DNA of 64,000 bases, from NCBI GenBank assembly GCA_013239625.1, contig MU053934.1:10579003-10643002 (forward strand), given 5' to 3'. The stretch is from Lama guanicoe (Eukaryota). The notes under the pieces are model-generated. The model worked only from the letters and a program-made list of their open reading frames with translations. It had not been told where the DNA came from and ran no database searches. The stretch's first letter is position 1. Each line of letters starts with the position of its first letter. A program made the translations under genes and the position numbers. Shown here piece after piece: positions 61,255-64,000 of this stretch.

Positions 61255-61650
61255 TTTTGTTTTAATTGAAGTATAGCTGATTTACAATTATAGTTAGTTC
61301 CTGGTGTACAGCATAACGATTCAGTTATACATACATATTCTTTTTTATAGTTTTTTCATTACAGGTTATTACAAGCTATTGAATATAGTTCCCTGTGCTG
61401 TACAGTAGGACCCTGTTGTTGATCTATTCTGTATATAGTCATTTGTATCTGCTAATCTCAAACTCCTCATTTATCCCTCCTCCCTTTCCCCTTTGGTAAC
61501 CAGAAACTTGTTTTCTATGTCTGTGAGCCTCAGTTTTGTAAATAAGTTCATTTGCGTCATTTTTTTCAGATTCCACATGTAAGTGACATCACAGGACACT
61601 TGTCCCTGCCTGACTTACTGCATTTAGTGGGACCCTCTCTGGTGCACCCA
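61255..61650 (-). mobile_element. Artiodactyl LINE-1 3' end
   Basis: ttttaattgaagtatagctgatttacaa...ttgaatatagttccctgtgctgtacagtaggaccctgttg...gattccacatgtaagtgacatc. Confidence 0.92.
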
Positions 61651-62929
61651 TCTTTCTTTACAGCGTTTCCTCCTCTCTGTCTTCTCTGTCCTCCCAGTGG
61701 CCTTTTTGTCTCCCACGCTCCTACCTGTATGCTCCCGTGTATTTGCTCCTCAGGCTTCCGGGGACAGACCCTCCCCGGCCCCCCTGACTTGCTCTCAGCT
61801 GTGTCCACTCCACCCTTCAGCCCACCCAGGCCGCTTTCCACACCAGCTGCCACGTTTTTCAAGTTTGTCATCTCACATTGGTTCCTCTTTACACCTTAGT
61901 CTCACCTTAGCTTCATGTCTTAAACGTCTTTTTAAAAAAGATAATGAGTCTTGTTTCTATTTTGTCTGCCATAAATTCTTTCATATTGACTGCAGTCCCT
62001 AAATATCATTACTGTGACTTCTGAGTTCAAATGCCACCCTGTTTGCTGGTGATGTGTCCTGGGATGGGGCAGTGCCCCCTCCAGCTGGTGGTCTTCCCGG
62101 GACATTGTGCCCGGAGAAGAGAGATGCCCCAGGGAGGAGCCTCGGGTGTCACCGGGTGTCTCCTGTCTGTGTGTTGCCTTTTAAAAAGTTTCAGTCTTGG
62201 TTCTGACCATCTAACCCTCCAGGTCTGGAGGGAGGCAGGGGATGGTTCCAAACGGTAGCTGTCCTTTGTCTGCCTGCTGTTGCGCACGTCCACCGTGAGT
62301 AGAGGCGGAAGCCAGCATGTTAGCTTCGTTCTAGAGGCTCTTTGGAGGACCAGAGCTCAGACGCACAGTTGGGTGGGCCTGGGACACCATGGAGGGCATC
62401 AGAGTCACCTGCGGTTGGGCAGCTGAGCTGGGCTGGGGTAATCACAGGTCTGTGAGTGACCTCAGCCTGAGAGGAGAGAGGTGCCCTCCGCCACCTGCAC
62501 CTTCACCGGATCCCTTCTGCACCACGGAGATCTTGCTGATCCAACTGCTTTGCCGACTGGAATGCGGAGGGACAGTCCCGGGAGTGGGAGGCCGGGGGAG
62601 ACGGGCCCCAGGGCGGGCTCTCAGCCCCTACACAGCTCTCCCACCGGGGAGTCCGCGCCACCGCAAGGCTCCTCGCGGCTCCCCGCCCCGGGAGGCTGCC
62701 TGGGTATCAGCCTGGGGGGCGTCCTGGCCCCCTGGGGCGGTGCCTGCCTGCGCCAAACCTCCCACCGCAGCACACAGGAGCATCTTGTGCAGATCTGTCC
62801 TGACCAGCGGTAGTTTCTGAACACCGATTGTTACAGTTGCTGCTGTTCCGGGAGAAACAAACCCTGAGACTCAGAATAAAGACACGAGGCAAGCTTGTCT
62901 TCCATCTACTCCTCGCACCCCAAGTTAGG

Positions 62930-63670
62930 ATTCGGCCTTCGCGGTCGGATGGGAAGCCTGTGGTCTGCTCCCTCGCAGTCTGGGGACAGCGGCTCCCGCG
63001 TGCGCAGCCGCGGCCACCAGCTCCACAGCGCACCCGGTCACGCAGCCTGAATCCCGGGTCCCGGCTTTGCAAACGCACGGGCCGCGGGAGCTGCGGGCGC
63101 CCTCCTCCGCAGCCTCGGTGTTTACAGAGTCGCTGGGATGGCCTCGCGCTGGGACCTGAGCCCAGTCGCCGTCTCAGCGAGCTGAGTGATGGGACCGTTG
63201 CCTTCTCCTCTTTCCTTCGATTCCGGATCCATGGTTCCTGGATGATGGGGCCGCGCCGGTCAGGACAGGCAGGGAGAAATCCCGAGGCAGCTGGAAGGAG
63301 ACCCTCCGGACGGCGTGAGCAGGTGGACTGCACCTGGGGAGCTGAGGGGAGCTGAGTCCCCCCTTGGATGCTACGCACAGGCGATCGTTTCCCGCGGTCC
63401 CTTCCTTGCGTGGCTGTGCCGGTGCGGCGGCGGACGGCGGGCCGGCCGCAGTAGGGACACCCTGTCCGCACCCTCCCGACCTCAGACAGGCAGCCATCGG
63501 TGTTCGCACCGCTGAGAAAGGCGCGGGGCTCCGCCAGGTCTTCAGCAAGCACCAGCGCAGTCTCAGCCCGGGGTGGGGGTGGGGGGCTCTGCGCTGCGTG
63601 GACCCGCCTCCAGCTTCGCCTTATCCGTGCGCACGCGCACTCGCACGGCCGCAAACACGCGCACACACAG
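62930..63670. promoter_or_regulatory. CpG-island-like segment
   Basis: High CpG density by eye; NRF1-like TGCGCACGCGCA at 63628-63639. Confidence 0.45.
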
Positions 63671-64000
63671 ATTCAAACCTGTTTGAACTCACTCTTATGC
63701 TTAAAACAATGCAAAGCTCCCCTTGTCCAGAAGTTGAAGCCCCTAACCTGACAAGCAGTGCCCTTTCCCCTTTGTCCTCTGATGACCTCTTGAAGCCCAG
63801 TCCCCTGCCGGCCCTCCCTCTTTGTTTTCCAGGGACCAAGACTCCGCGTACAAGTTCCCCAAAGCCACATTGTTTCAGGTGCCTGTGTCTTCGTGTTTGT
63901 TCCGTGCAAACGTCCCCACACCCAGAGCCCAGCTCAGACACGCCTCCCGGGCTGCCTTCCTGGATCCAGAGACGCGCCGGTCGCAGGAAGCGCCCGTGCC

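Noticed and set aside
1..64000. Hundreds of 60-320 aa ORFs in the supplied track
   Set aside because: They overlap on both strands, are rich in Pro/Gly/Arg/Ala, often start at GTG/TTG, and show no recognisable domains other than L1 debris. This is expected in GC-rich mammalian non-coding DNA.

Overview
This is mammalian genomic DNA, not prokaryotic. It is GC-rich and repeat-dense. The L1 3' ends and LTR types I recognise, together with the absence of Alu, B1, Bov-A/BovB, PRE-1 and CHR-2 SINEs, suggest a cetartiodactyl, most likely a camelid (inference). I find no protein-coding exon, RNA gene or CRISPR array that I can support. The ORF track is explained by high GC content, simple repeats and decayed L1 ORF1/ORF2 pieces, so the window looks intronic or intergenic. 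It holds a nested stack of LINE-1 elements (10.5-20.8 kb), solo LTRs (ERVK with a perfect 6-bp TSD, ERV1 with a perfect 4-bp TSD, MER41-like, MER31, MER21, MLT1, MLT2), L2/MIR/MER5/MER20 relics, micro- and minisatellites, and several CpG-rich patches with candidate regulatory motifs. I did not find a convincing new biological system. The most interesting signals are: (i) normally AT-rich old L1 sequence locally converted into CpG-island-like GC peaks, a probable GC-biased gene conversion footprint; (ii) a dense Hox/Pbx motif cluster; (iii) a Sox-Oct/CCAAT/CTCF cluster; (iv) a young ERVK solo LTR; (v) internal inversions in an MLT2 LTR and in an L1. Repeat family names come from remembered consensus sequences, not a database search. 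Boundaries are approximate unless a TSD is given.
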